A DNA stretch of 64,000 bases from Candidatus Parcubacteria bacterium (GCA_023131895.1 JAGLYZ010000002.1:240474-304473); one strand, 5' to 3'; positions 8,976 to 18,026 are shown, counted from the stretch's first letter. Notes: a model not told the origin generated them from the letters alone. Translations and numbers: made by a program.

Positions 8976-10189
8976 GGTATAAAAATTTTAAAAACTTTTT
9001 TGATTCTTCCGATGATACCTTTCCCAGCACTAAAGCCGGGAAAACTTGCTTCTTTAGACCAATCTGCTCCTTCTAACGCCAAACCGCAGACAGTGCTTAA
9101 AGAAGTATCTTGCTCTATTTCTGAAAAACCTTGTGGGAATCCGCGCCGAACCGGAAGCTTTAATTCTTTTCTGGCAAATTCTACAATCTTTGGCATTTTT
9201 GCGCCGCCGCCGGTTAAAACAATACCTGCTGGAAACGATACTTGCGGAGATATTTTTTTGATTTCTTTCTGGACTAAATTAAAAATTTCAGAGACTCTTG
9301 CCTCAATAATTTTTGTAAGCATTTTTTTAGAAAAAACCAAAGGCGTGCCTTTAGATAATAAAATTTTTTCTTTTTTATTTCTTCCAGTATTATTGAGAAT
9401 ACAAGTGCCAAACTGCTTTTTGATTTTTTCAGCAATATCAATATCGGTTTGCAAACCAATAGCAATATCATTGGTAATATGTGCAGAACCAATAGGAAAA
9501 ACAGCGCTATGTATCAAGTCCCCTTCCCCATAAACAGCTAAAGAAGTAGTGCCAGCGCCAATATCTACTAGAACTACGCCTAATTCTTTTTGATGCGGAG
9601 TCAGCACTGCTTTGGCTGACGCTAAAGCAGATGGGATAATATCTCCCACTTGGACATCTGAACCTTCAACAGCTTTAGTTAAATTATTTAAATAAGGAGC
9701 AAAAACGCAAAGAGCTAAAGCATCTACTTCCAGTTTTACCCCCCTCATTCCTTCAACTTGTTTTATTTCTTTTACTCCATCAACAATAAATTCTTTAGGA
9801 AAAATTTCAAGTATCTCTTTATTTAAAGGCAGAGAAAAGGCTTGGGCAGATTGAAGAACTCTGTCAATGTCTTCTTTAGAAATTTTCTGGTCAGCCCTGG
9901 AAACAACCACAGTTCCATGAGATGGAACGCAAAAAATATGTCCTCCGCCTAAATTAACATAAACATCCTGAATTTTCTGCCCTGATTCGTTTTCAAGTTG
10001 GTTTATCACTAAGCGAATATTTTTAGAAACTGTTTCAGGATCAACTATCACTCCTTTTCTAATCCCTAAAGAGAACTTCTCTGATCTTCCCAAAACTTCA
10101 AAACTTTGAGAATCTTGTCTCTTTAAAATAGTCAAACCTTTTATAGAACCAGTCCCTATATCCAAACCAGTGATGAAAGATTGTTTCAT
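8972..10189 (-). CDS. ftsA: Cell division protein FtsA
   Basis: 405 aa actin-like ATPase (DIGTGSIKG, VDIGAGTT) with an amphipathic C-terminal helix. Overlaps the ftsZ start. Confidence 0.9.
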   Translation of the reverse strand: MKQSFITGLDIGTGSIKGLTILKRQDSQSFEVLGRSEKFSLGIRKGVIVDPETVSKNIRLVINQLENESGQKIQDVYVNLGGGHIFCVPSHGTVVVSRADQKISKEDIDRVLQSAQAFSLPLNKEILEIFPKEFIVDGVKEIKQVEGMRGVKLEVDALALCVFAPYLNNLTKAVEGSDVQVGDIIPSALASAKAVLTPHQKELGVVLVDIGAGTTSLAVYGEGDLIHSAVFPIGSAHITNDIAIGLQTDIDIAEKIKKQFGTCILNNTGRNKKEKILLSKGTPLVFSKKMLTKIIEARVSEIFNLVQKEIKKISPQVSFPAGIVLTGGGAKMPKIVEFARKELKLPVRRGFPQGFSEIEQDTSLSTVCGLALEGADWSKEASFPGFSAGKGIIGRIKKVFKIFIP

Positions 10190-10192
10190 ATT

Positions 10193-10636
10193 TTAAACTT
10201 TTGATAAATAATATTTTTCTTTTTCTTCCATCTGCTTTGCCTCTTCTTCTGTTTTTTCATGGTCATATCCTAACAAATGCAGAATTCCATGAATTAAAAC
10301 TCTATTTAACTCTTTCTTAAAAGAAGAATTAAATTTTTTAGCATTTTTTTTAACCTCGCGCAGGCAAATAATTATTTCTCCTAATCCTTGAATTCTTTGA
10401 GTAGGACCTACCTTAAATTTCTGTAATAAAACCTTTGATTCTGGAAAACTTAAAACATCGGTAACTCGGTTCTTGTCTCGATATCTCTTATTTATTTCCC
10501 TCATTCTTCCCTGTCCAACAAAAGCAATTGATACATTAGCTTCTTTCTTTGCCTCGCCTTTTAATATTATTTTAGCAGTTTTTTTCAAAAATTTCTCATC
10601 TACAGAATTAGTTGTCAGATTATTAATTTCAATCAT
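10193..10636 (-). CDS. ybeY: rRNA maturation endoribonuclease YbeY
   Basis: 147 aa with the HGILHLLGYDH zinc-binding motif. Confidence 0.9.
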   Translation of the reverse strand: MIEINNLTTNSVDEKFLKKTAKIILKGEAKKEANVSIAFVGQGRMREINKRYRDKNRVTDVLSFPESKVLLQKFKVGPTQRIQGLGEIIICLREVKKNAKKFNSSFKKELNRVLIHGILHLLGYDHEKTEEEAKQMEEKEKYYLSKV

Positions 10637-11133
10637 AACAATAATTCTCTAATCATTTTACTTATCTCGCTCATATCTGCCTTTCCTTTTATTTGCGGCA
10701 CTAGCTCTTTTATAACCCTGCCCATATCTTTTATTGACTCTGCCCCAACTTTTTTAATACTTTCTTCTATTATTTTTTTAAGCTCTTCTTTAGAAAGCTG
10801 CTCTGGCAAGTATTTTTTTAAAACCTCAAGTTCTTTTTTTTCTTTTTCTGCCAGGTCCTGCCTTTCTCCTTTTTCATATTCAAAAATCGCTTCTTTTCTT
10901 GTTTTGATTTCTGAAAAAATGACTTCTATTATTTCTTTGTCATTTAATTGGCTTTCTTTTACTAATTCCTCTTCTTTTAAATCAGGCTTTTCCTTGGTCG
11001 TTTTGAATCTTTTTTCTTTTTCTCTATTCAAAATTGCAGCGCTTAACATTCTTAAGGTTGATAATTCAATCTCTCTTTTGTTTTTCAGGGATGAATTTAA
11101 GCTCTCTTGAATTTTCTCTTTTAATTCATTCAT
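10633..11133 (-). CDS. GatB/YqeY domain protein
   Basis: 166 aa helical K/E-rich protein with YqeY-like N-terminus (LKNKREIELSTLRML) and C-terminus. Confidence 0.7.
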   Translation of the reverse strand: MNELKEKIQESLNSSLKNKREIELSTLRMLSAAILNREKEKRFKTTKEKPDLKEEELVKESQLNDKEIIEVIFSEIKTRKEAIFEYEKGERQDLAEKEKKELEVLKKYLPEQLSKEELKKIIEESIKKVGAESIKDMGRVIKELVPQIKGKADMSEISKMIRELLL

Positions 11134-11147
11134 AACCCAAGTAATTA

Positions 11148-11366
11148 TTATTTTTCCTTGCCAAGTTTTTTTAATTCTTCATATTCTTTCCTTAGCTCCT
11201 CTTTTCTTAAAGCTCCCTTTTTCTTTAATTGCTTGCTTTTTGGCCTTTTCCTAAATCTAATTTTTTTTGCCCGGCGCAAAATCCCGCTTTGCTTGATTCT
11301 TCTTGAAAAGCGTCTTGTCAAAGATTGAGAATTTTCTCTTAATTGTTTTTCTATTTTAATAGGCAT
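11148..11366 (-). CDS. rpsU: 30S ribosomal protein S21
   Basis: 72 aa very basic protein. The pattern MPIKI...SLTRRFSRRIKQSGIL matches S21. Confidence 0.75.
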   Translation of the reverse strand: MPIKIEKQLRENSQSLTRRFSRRIKQSGILRRAKKIRFRKRPKSKQLKKKGALRKEELRKEYEELKKLGKEK

Positions 11367-11375
11367 GTTTTAATC

Positions 11376-11732
11376 TTATGGCATTCCGGGAATATCCCTT
11401 TCTTTTGGAGTTTTCCAACCAGTAATTAAATGCAGATGAAGATGGTCTATTATTTGTCCGCCACCTCTTCCCACATTAAAAACTAATTTATATCCTTTCT
11501 CGGCAATGCCTTTTTCTTGGGCTATTTTTTTGGCAAGGAGAAATAATTCTCCTATTAGTTCCTTATCTTCCAATTCTAAATTCTGGACAGAAGGAATATG
11601 TTTCTTAGGAACAATTAAGAGATGGATAGGAGCTTTGGGTTTAATATCTTTGAAAACTACAAATTTTTCATCCTCATAGATTATATCAGCCGGTATTTCT
11701 TTATTGATAATTTGACAAAATAAACAAGCCAT
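11376..11732 (-). CDS. HIT-family nucleotide hydrolase
   Basis: 118 aa with the histidine triad HLHLHLI. Confidence 0.88.
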   Translation of the reverse strand: MACLFCQIINKEIPADIIYEDEKFVVFKDIKPKAPIHLLIVPKKHIPSVQNLELEDKELIGELFLLAKKIAQEKGIAEKGYKLVFNVGRGGGQIIDHLHLHLITGWKTPKERDIPGMP

Positions 11733-11733
11733 A

Positions 11734-13014
11734 TTATTTTCTAAGTTTTTTCCTCATAATATCAACTATTTTATCTAATTTAACTGTTTCCTGCTTGCCT
11801 GTTTTCATTTCTCTTAAAATTATTACTCCTTCAAAAACCTCTTTCTGGCCAAGGATTAAAGTCCAATCAACACCTATTTTATCAGCTATTCTTAATTGTG
11901 TTTTTAAAGAATCCTTGCTAAATGATTCAGCTGCTGGAATCTTAGCTTCTCTGAATTCCTCGAAGAGTTTCAAGCTTCTTTGCTTGGAAAGTGCGCCTAA
12001 TTGAGCTAAAAAAATCCGAGGGGAAGACGGATGAAATGGATATAGCCCCATATTCTTCATTATATTAACCACTCTTTCTATGCCTAAGGACCCGCCGCAA
12101 GCTCCAGTATCCCTGCCTCCCAAAAGTTTAACTAATCTATCATATCTTCCTCCAGCAGATAAAGCGCCTTGCTTTCTTCCTTCTTCTGTGTCCTGATAGA
12201 TCTCAAAAACGGTTTTAGTGTAATAATCAAGCCCGCGAACCAAATATGGATTAAGATTATAAGGCAGCTGCATGTCATCTAAAAACTCCAGAACTCCTTT
12301 GAAATGCTGCTTGCATTCATCGCAAAGATGATCAATCATTTGAGGCGCTTGATCCACTACTTTCTGGCACCTTTCCTCCTTACAATCCAATATTCTTAAA
12401 GGATTTTCTTTAAGCCGTTTTCTGCAATTAGAGCATAGCAAACCCTCTCTATTTTTCAAATAACTCACTAATAGCTTTCTGTAATATGAACGGCACTGGG
12501 AGTCTCCAACACTGTTTATCTCTATTATTATATCCTTAATTTTTAATTCTTTTAAAATATTATAAAAAATTTGAATAATCTGAGCATCAATAACTGGACT
12601 TTCCTCGCCTAAAATATCAAAATCTATCTGATGAAATTCTCTATAACGGCCTGTTTGCGGACGTTCATGCCTGAAAAATGGACCAAAATGCCAAAGCTTT
12701 ACTGGTTGGGGCAAAAACTGCATGCCATGCTCAATATAAGCTCGAACAATAGAAGGAGTTCCTTCCGGCCTTAGGGTTACTAAATCTCCTCCCTTGGTTC
12801 TAAAGCCATACATCTCTTTCTGAATAATATCAGTAGTTGGACCAGTTCCTTTCTCAAAAAGCTCAGCATACTCAATAATAGGTGTATCAATTTTTTCAAA
12901 AGCATAGAAATCAGCAATATTTTTAGATACATCAAAAATTTTTTGAAAATATTTCTGCTCTTCGCCTAAAATATCGTGCATTCCAGTTAGGGTTTGAAAT
13001 TTCGGCTTCCTCAT
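11734..13014 (-). CDS. hisS: Histidine--tRNA ligase
   Basis: 426 aa class II aaRS with HisRS blocks (FRHERPQTGRYREF, GGGRYD) and an anticodon-binding C-terminus. Confidence 0.93.
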   Translation of the reverse strand: MRKPKFQTLTGMHDILGEEQKYFQKIFDVSKNIADFYAFEKIDTPIIEYAELFEKGTGPTTDIIQKEMYGFRTKGGDLVTLRPEGTPSIVRAYIEHGMQFLPQPVKLWHFGPFFRHERPQTGRYREFHQIDFDILGEESPVIDAQIIQIFYNILKELKIKDIIIEINSVGDSQCRSYYRKLLVSYLKNREGLLCSNCRKRLKENPLRILDCKEERCQKVVDQAPQMIDHLCDECKQHFKGVLEFLDDMQLPYNLNPYLVRGLDYYTKTVFEIYQDTEEGRKQGALSAGGRYDRLVKLLGGRDTGACGGSLGIERVVNIMKNMGLYPFHPSSPRIFLAQLGALSKQRSLKLFEEFREAKIPAAESFSKDSLKTQLRIADKIGVDWTLILGQKEVFEGVIILREMKTGKQETVKLDKIVDIMRKKLRK

Positions 13015-13018
13015 GGAT

Positions 13019-13573
13019 CTAATAATTTGGTATTTCTATCTTAGCCAAAGCTTTAGCTGGCCAGGCTCTAAAAATTACTCTGCCTATAATATCTTCTTCT
13101 GGCAGAACGCCCCATTTTCGCGAATCAAAAGAAGCATCTCTATTATCGCCTAAAACAAAATACTCGTTTTCTCCCAAAGAAACCGTAATATTCCCTGGTG
13201 TTTGCACAAACTCAGAAAGGTACATCGATTCATTTAGTATAAATTCATAATCGTTACTTAGAATGTTTACTTTTTTATCTTCTATTTTTATTGTTTCTTC
13301 TGGCAAACCAATAATCCTTTTAATATAACGTTGAGAAGGATTGTTAGGATAATTAAAAACAATTACCTCTCCTCTTTCAGGAGCTGAAAAACGATAAGAG
13401 AGCTCATCAACAATTAAGTAATCGCCATTATGGAAATTCGGCTCCATGGATTGGCCTTTAACAAAAAACGGCTGGAATATAAAATAACGGATAGGAATTA
13501 CTATCAGCAAGGCAATAATAACGATTTTAGAAATTTCCCAGATAAATGATAATGTCCCTTTTAAGAATTTCAT
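13019..13573 (-). CDS. lepB: Signal peptidase I
   Basis: 184 aa with an N-terminal TM segment, catalytic SMEPN and GDNRDASFDSR boxes. Confidence 0.9.
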   Translation of the reverse strand: MKFLKGTLSFIWEISKIVIIALLIVIPIRYFIFQPFFVKGQSMEPNFHNGDYLIVDELSYRFSAPERGEVIVFNYPNNPSQRYIKRIIGLPEETIKIEDKKVNILSNDYEFILNESMYLSEFVQTPGNITVSLGENEYFVLGDNRDASFDSRKWGVLPEEDIIGRVIFRAWPAKALAKIEIPNY

Positions 13574-13616
13574 ACTAATTCTATTCTAACAACTTTTTTT
13601 ATTTTTACAAGGGAAG

Positions 13617-13625
13617 TGCTATAAT
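13617..13625 (+). promoter_or_regulatory. Extended -10 promoter (TGcTATAAT) for pth
   Basis: TGCTATAAT at 13617-13625, about 90 nt upstream of the pth ATG in the lepB/pth divergent spacer. Confidence 0.45.
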
Positions 13626-13637
13626 AGAAAAATCATA

Positions 13638-13716
13638 CTAACATTTTAACATATAAACATTTTAACAAAATTAAATCAAAAATGTTTAGATGTTTGAATG
13701 TTTAAATGTTTAAATG
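13638..13716. repeat. Imperfect inverted repeat of AAACATT-type heptads in the pth leader
   Basis: Left arm aacattttaacatataaacattttaac and right arm aaaatgtttagatgtttgaatgtttaaatgtttaaATG. The right arm contains the pth start codon. Confidence 0.7.
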
Positions 13717-14283
13717 ATTCTTATAGTGGGGTTAGGCAATCCTGGAGAAAAATATAAAAGGACGCGGCATAATGTTGGATTTATGGTTTTAGATGAATTT
13801 AAAAAAATTCATAGTTTTTCTGATTGGCAATTAAAAAAGAAATTTAAAGCAGAAATTTCAGAAGGCACTTTAACAGGCAAAAAAATAATTTTAGCAAAAC
13901 CGCAAACTTTTATGAACGAGTCAGGCAAAGCAGTAAAAATCATGCAACAAGAGACAAGAGACAAGAGACAAGAACTATATGTTATTCATGACGACTTGGA
14001 TTTGGGATTAGGAAAAATGAAAATCGTTCAAAACCGCGGCTCTGCCGGACACAAAGGAGTACAGTCAATTATTAATGAGATTGGCAATAAAAACTTTATC
14101 CGTTTTAGAATTGGAATTAAAAATAAAGAACTGGAAATCCAAAATATTGAGGATTTTGTTTTAAAAAAATTTACAAAAGATGAAAAAAAAGTTATAAAAG
14201 AAACTGTGCAAAAAACCTGCAAGGCAATTGAAATGGCAATAAAACAAGGCATTGAAAAAACAATGTCAGAATTTAATAAATAA
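13714..14283 (+). CDS. pth: Peptidyl-tRNA hydrolase
   Basis: 189 aa with GLGNPGEKYKRTRHNVGF N-terminal signature. Confidence 0.92.
   Translation: MILIVGLGNPGEKYKRTRHNVGFMVLDEFKKIHSFSDWQLKKKFKAEISEGTLTGKKIILAKPQTFMNESGKAVKIMQQETRDKRQELYVIHDDLDLGLGKMKIVQNRGSAGHKGVQSIINEIGNKNFIRFRIGIKNKELEIQNIEDFVLKKFTKDEKKVIKETVQKTCKAIEMAIKQGIEKTMSEFNK
13951..13971. repeat. Tandem heptamer (GAGACAA)x3 inside pth
   Basis: A perfect 3-unit tandem repeat, in frame, encoding ETRDKRQ. Confidence 0.85.
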
Positions 14284-14292
14284 ATCTTTTCT

Positions 14293-16338
14293 ATGAACTT
14301 AATTATTGTAGAAAGTCCAACGAAATCAAAAACAATTCAGCAATTTTTAGGGCCTAAATACAAGGTCATTTCTTCATATGGCCATATCCGCGATTTGCCG
14401 AAAAGCGAATTAGGAATTGATATAGAAAACGATTTTAAGCCAAAATACATTATCCCTTTAAAAGCAAGAAAAACTGTTAACTCTTTAAAAAAAGATTCTC
14501 AAAAAGCAGACCTGCTTATTCTGGCTACTGATGAAGACAGAGAAGGAGAAGCAATTGCCTATCATCTAAGCCAGATTTTAAATTCAAATGGTAAAAAACA
14601 TCAGAGGATTGTCTTTCATGAAATAACTAAACAGGCGATTGAACAAGCACTAAAAAATCCTCGTGATATAGATATGGATCTTGTTGACGCCCAGCAAGCA
14701 AGAAGAATTTTAGACCGTTTAGTTGGCTATAAACTCTCCCCTCTTTTATGGAAAAAAGTTGCCAGAGGGCTCTCTGCAGGAAGGGTTCAGTCAGTGACAG
14801 TTCGGCTTGTGGTAGATCGGGAAAGAGAAATTGAAAATTTTAAGCCAGAAGAATATTGGACAATTATCGCCCATCTTGAAAAATACATCGAGAACAGTTC
14901 TCGATGTATTGAAGCGCTTTTGGTTAAAAAAAACGGCAAAGTAATTCCTAAATTAGGGATTAAAGTAAAAAAAGAAGCAGAAAAAATAATTGAAGATTTA
15001 AAAGGAGCAGAATACAAAATTTCAAATATTGAAAAAAAAGAAACTAAAAGAAATCCTTTGCCTCCATTTACTACTTCTACTTTACAGCAAGAATCATGGA
15101 GAAGGCTGCGTTGGCCAGTAAGACATACAATGAGAATTTCCCAGCAGCTTTATGAAAAAGGATTTATCACCTATCATAGAACCGATTCTTTAAATTTATC
15201 TGAAATATCTTTATTTTCCGCTAAAAAATTTATTATTAATAGCTTTGGAAAAGAATATTGGGCTGGATTTTTGAAAAAATACAAAACAAAAACAAAAGCA
15301 GCTCAAGAAGCCCACGAAGCTATAAGGCCTGCTTATCCTGATAAAAAGCCAAACAAAATAAAAGAAAAACTAGATGATAATCAATTTCGGCTCTATGATT
15401 TGATTTGGAGAAGATTTATTGCTTGTCAAATGAGCCAAGCTCGTTTCGATTCCACTACTGTTGACATCTCTGCCAAAAACTATATTTTTAGGGCTTCTGG
15501 ACAAGTATTGAAGTTTGATGGTTTTCTAAAAGTGTACCCTTTGAAATTTGAGGAATCAGAGTTACCTATTTTAGAAAAAAATGAAGTTTTAAAATTAAAA
15601 AAGCTTGTTCCTTCCCAGCACTTTACCCAGCCGTTGCCTCGCTATACTGAAGCTGGTTTAATTAAGGTTTTGGAAGAAAACGGCATTGGCAGGCCGTCAA
15701 CCTATGCGCCAACAATTTCTACTATTCAGGATAGAAATTATGTTCAGAAAAATGAAAATAAAAAGTTTGAACCGACAGAAATAGGAATTATTGTAAATGA
15801 TCTTTTGGTTGAACATTTTCCTAAAATTGTAGATATGAAATTCACAGCAGAAATGGAAAAGGATTTAGATGAAATCTCTGAAGGCAAGAAAAAATTGGTT
15901 CCAGTAATACAAGAATTTTATAAACCTTTTGAAAAAAACTTAAAGGCAAAAGAAAAAGAAATAGATAAAAAAGAAATTGCTGAAGAAAAAACAGATGAAA
16001 ACTGCCCTGAATGCGGCTCGCCATTGATAAAAAAAATGGGCAGATATGGAAAATTTTACGCTTGTTCCGGCTTCCCAAAATGCAGATATACCAAACCAAT
16101 AGAGAAACCAAAGCTTGGAATAAAATGCCCAAAATGCGAAAAAGGAGAAATAGTTGAAAAAAGAACTAGAAAAGGAAAAATTTTTTACGCTTGCAATCGC
16201 TACCCGGAATGCGATTTTGCCTTATGGGACAAACCTATAAATGAAAAATGCCCTGAATGCGGTTCTCTTTTAATTCAAACAAAAAAAGGCAAAATCAAAT
16301 GCTCAAACAAGGAATGCGATTATGTTAGAGATTCTTAA
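14293..16338 (+). CDS. topA: DNA topoisomerase I
   Basis: 681 aa with a Toprim N-terminus (IIVESPTKSKTI), active-site region ITYHRTDS and three C-terminal CxxC...CxxC zinc ribbons. Confidence 0.94.
   Translation: MNLIIVESPTKSKTIQQFLGPKYKVISSYGHIRDLPKSELGIDIENDFKPKYIIPLKARKTVNSLKKDSQKADLLILATDEDREGEAIAYHLSQILNSNGKKHQRIVFHEITKQAIEQALKNPRDIDMDLVDAQQARRILDRLVGYKLSPLLWKKVARGLSAGRVQSVTVRLVVDREREIENFKPEEYWTIIAHLEKYIENSSRCIEALLVKKNGKVIPKLGIKVKKEAEKIIEDLKGAEYKISNIEKKETKRNPLPPFTTSTLQQESWRRLRWPVRHTMRISQQLYEKGFITYHRTDSLNLSEISLFSAKKFIINSFGKEYWAGFLKKYKTKTKAAQEAHEAIRPAYPDKKPNKIKEKLDDNQFRLYDLIWRRFIACQMSQARFDSTTVDISAKNYIFRASGQVLKFDGFLKVYPLKFEESELPILEKNEVLKLKKLVPSQHFTQPLPRYTEAGLIKVLEENGIGRPSTYAPTISTIQDRNYVQKNENKKFEPTEIGIIVNDLLVEHFPKIVDMKFTAEMEKDLDEISEGKKKLVPVIQEFYKPFEKNLKAKEKEIDKKEIAEEKTDENCPECGSPLIKKMGRYGKFYACSGFPKCRYTKPIEKPKLGIKCPKCEKGEIVEKRTRKGKIFYACNRYPECDFALWDKPINEKCPECGSLLIQTKKGKIKCSNKECDYVRDS
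14884..14908. repeat. GAGAAC-N-GTTCTC family palindrome inside topA
   Basis: tacatcgagaac-a-gttctcgatgta, with 12-bp perfect arms. In frame, encoding YIENSSRCI. Confidence 0.85.
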
Positions 16339-16912
16339 GAATCTGGAAATCTTTTTTGAGAATTTCCTTCATGCTTGGATTATAGGTTGCTGCAGCTGGA
16401 TGATAAAGAGAAACAATTTTCACCCTGTTAAATTCTCTCACTTCAAAAACTTTTCCATGAATCTTGCTTATTCCCTCAATTTTATCTTTCAGGCCGTATT
16501 TCTCAAAAATAAAAGCTGTAGAAAAATTACCCAAAGCGCAAATTGCTTTGGGTTTTATGATTTCAATTTGTTTCAAAAGATAAGAAGTGCAGGCCTCTAT
16601 TTCTTCTGTTTTAGGATTGCGATTTTCTGGAGGACGGCATTTCAGGATATTACAAATATAGACATCTGTTCTCTTAATTCCTACAGAGCTTAAAAGCTCG
16701 TCTAAAATTTTACCAGCTGCTCCGCAAAAAGGCCGACCAGTCTTGTCTTCTGACGCACCAGGCGCCTCGCCAATAAACATTATTTCTGCTTCATGGTTTC
16801 CCTGTCCAATAACAGGCAGACCTCGTGTTTTATAAAGTGAGCACTTTTTACATTGGAGAACTTCCTCTTTTATTTCTTTAAGTTCTTTTTCTATTTTTTT
16901 AAGTTCCTCCAT
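16325..16912 (-). CDS. udg: Uracil-DNA glycosylase, family 4
   Basis: 195 aa with CxxC near the N-terminus and GEAPGASED, a family-4 UDG motif. The 3' end overlaps the topA 3' end by 14 nt. Confidence 0.88.
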   Translation of the reverse strand: MEELKKIEKELKEIKEEVLQCKKCSLYKTRGLPVIGQGNHEAEIMFIGEAPGASEDKTGRPFCGAAGKILDELLSSVGIKRTDVYICNILKCRPPENRNPKTEEIEACTSYLLKQIEIIKPKAICALGNFSTAFIFEKYGLKDKIEGISKIHGKVFEVREFNRVKIVSLYHPAAATYNPSMKEILKKDFQILKNL

Positions 16913-16923
16913 AATTATTTTTT

Positions 16924-17080
16924 AGACCTCTTGCAAAATAATCTTTTCTACTGCAATCCCAGAATTTTGGCTGCAAATCATTCAGAGATGCGCGCTATAC
17001 AATGTATAACCTCCTCATTCTTCATAATTTTCGCTCAAAATTTTGTGATTTCGTTACGAAAAATTATTTCGCAATAGGTC
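16924..17080 (-). mobile_element. MITE-like element, copy 1 (about 157 bp, imperfect 18-23 bp terminal inverted repeats)
   Basis: About 88% identical by manual alignment to the reverse complement of 52969-53127. Ends are AGACCT(A/C)TTGC(G/A)AAATAA. The right end supplies the sufD codons RPIAK plus stop. Confidence 0.75.
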
Positions 17081-18026
17081 TTTCTAAAAATCCATTAACA
17101 ATTAAATTAATGGCTTCTTTTTCGTTTAATCCACGCATTCTTAAATAATTTAATTCCTCTCCTGAAATTCTTCCAATTGAGGCCTCATGAGTAATTTGAG
17201 CTTTTGGGTGTTTGCAAATAAGCTCTGGTATAAGCCTTATTACAGAAGCTTTGCCTGCCCCGTAGGTCCCGCCCCTGCGGGATCCTTCGGGGTCAACTAA
17301 TAACCCCTGGCAGTCCAAATGACCTTTGCTTTCAGACTCGGCTATAACTTGAGAACGAGCAGTAATTTCGCTATCTTTATCTCCAACTAATCTTAATTTC
17401 ACTATTCCAGAAGCACCTTTTTCTTTTAGAATTAATGTCTCTTCAAATTCTGTTTTGGTTTGAGAAAATTTTCCCACAATATTCAGATTAGCAGAGGATC
17501 CTTCCAAAAGAGTAATTAATGTTTTCATCTTTAATTTTTTAGGAGGAGAAAAAACTTTATAACTATAATCTAATTTCGCCTTTTTCTCTAAGAAAAACTC
17601 ATAATTTGGCTCAACAATATCTCTTTCTCCCCAAGAGTGAATATGTCTATATTGAAGAGTTGATCCTTGTCTTAAAATAATCTTCCCTTTTGCCTGATGT
17701 ATTCCAGCTAAATTCTTTTTTAAAGCATTACAAGTTCCTTGGAGCTCTACTTTTAAATTCTTTTCTACAATTAAAAGATTCTGAAGCTCCTGCTTTATGC
17801 TTTTATTAGCAAGAGTAATACAAGTAAAAATGGGCTGTTGAGGTTGTTCTTTAACCCAAATAAAATAGCCGCTTTTTGGTTTTTTAAAAAAATATTCTTT
17901 AGTCCAGTTATATTTCTGCCAAGCCAATTCAGAAGGAAGAATCTCTATTTCTTTCAACTCACAAATTTCTGGAATTTGATTATTTATCTGATAATAATTC
18001 ACATTTTTTACATTTTTCATATCCAT
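17064..18026 (-). CDS. sufD: Fe-S cluster assembly protein SufB/SufD family
   Basis: 320 aa with C-terminal SufBD beta-helix pattern (ITHEASIGRISGEELNYLRMRGL). Overlaps the sufC 3' end. Confidence 0.75.
   Translation of the reverse strand: MDMKNVKNVNYYQINNQIPEICELKEIEILPSELAWQKYNWTKEYFFKKPKSGYFIWVKEQPQQPIFTCITLANKSIKQELQNLLIVEKNLKVELQGTCNALKKNLAGIHQAKGKIILRQGSTLQYRHIHSWGERDIVEPNYEFFLEKKAKLDYSYKVFSPPKKLKMKTLITLLEGSSANLNIVGKFSQTKTEFEETLILKEKGASGIVKLRLVGDKDSEITARSQVIAESESKGHLDCQGLLVDPEGSRRGGTYGAGKASVIRLIPELICKHPKAQITHEASIGRISGEELNYLRMRGLNEKEAINLIVNGFLERPIAK
17258..17292. repeat. GC-rich hairpin inserted in sufD
   Basis: ccccgtagg-tcccgc-ccct-gcggga-tccttcgggg, a stem of about 15 bp with one mismatch. 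In frame, encoding PEGSRRGGTYGAG. Confidence 0.8.

Noticed and set aside
8494-9533. Long antisense ORFs inside ftsZ/ftsA, and similar ones inside purB, iorA, glmS and others
   Set aside because: These are shadow ORFs opposite well-supported genes, with low-complexity S/F/L/I-rich translations typical of antisense frames in AT-rich DNA.
16325-16338. 14-nt convergent overlap of topA and udg 3' ends as a regulatory feature
   Set aside because: Short 3' overlaps are common in compact genomes, and there is no associated structure.
16853-17077. 74-aa plus-strand ORF between udg and sufD
   Set aside because: It lies entirely within the MITE-like element and the udg 5' end. The second element copy does not conserve this frame.
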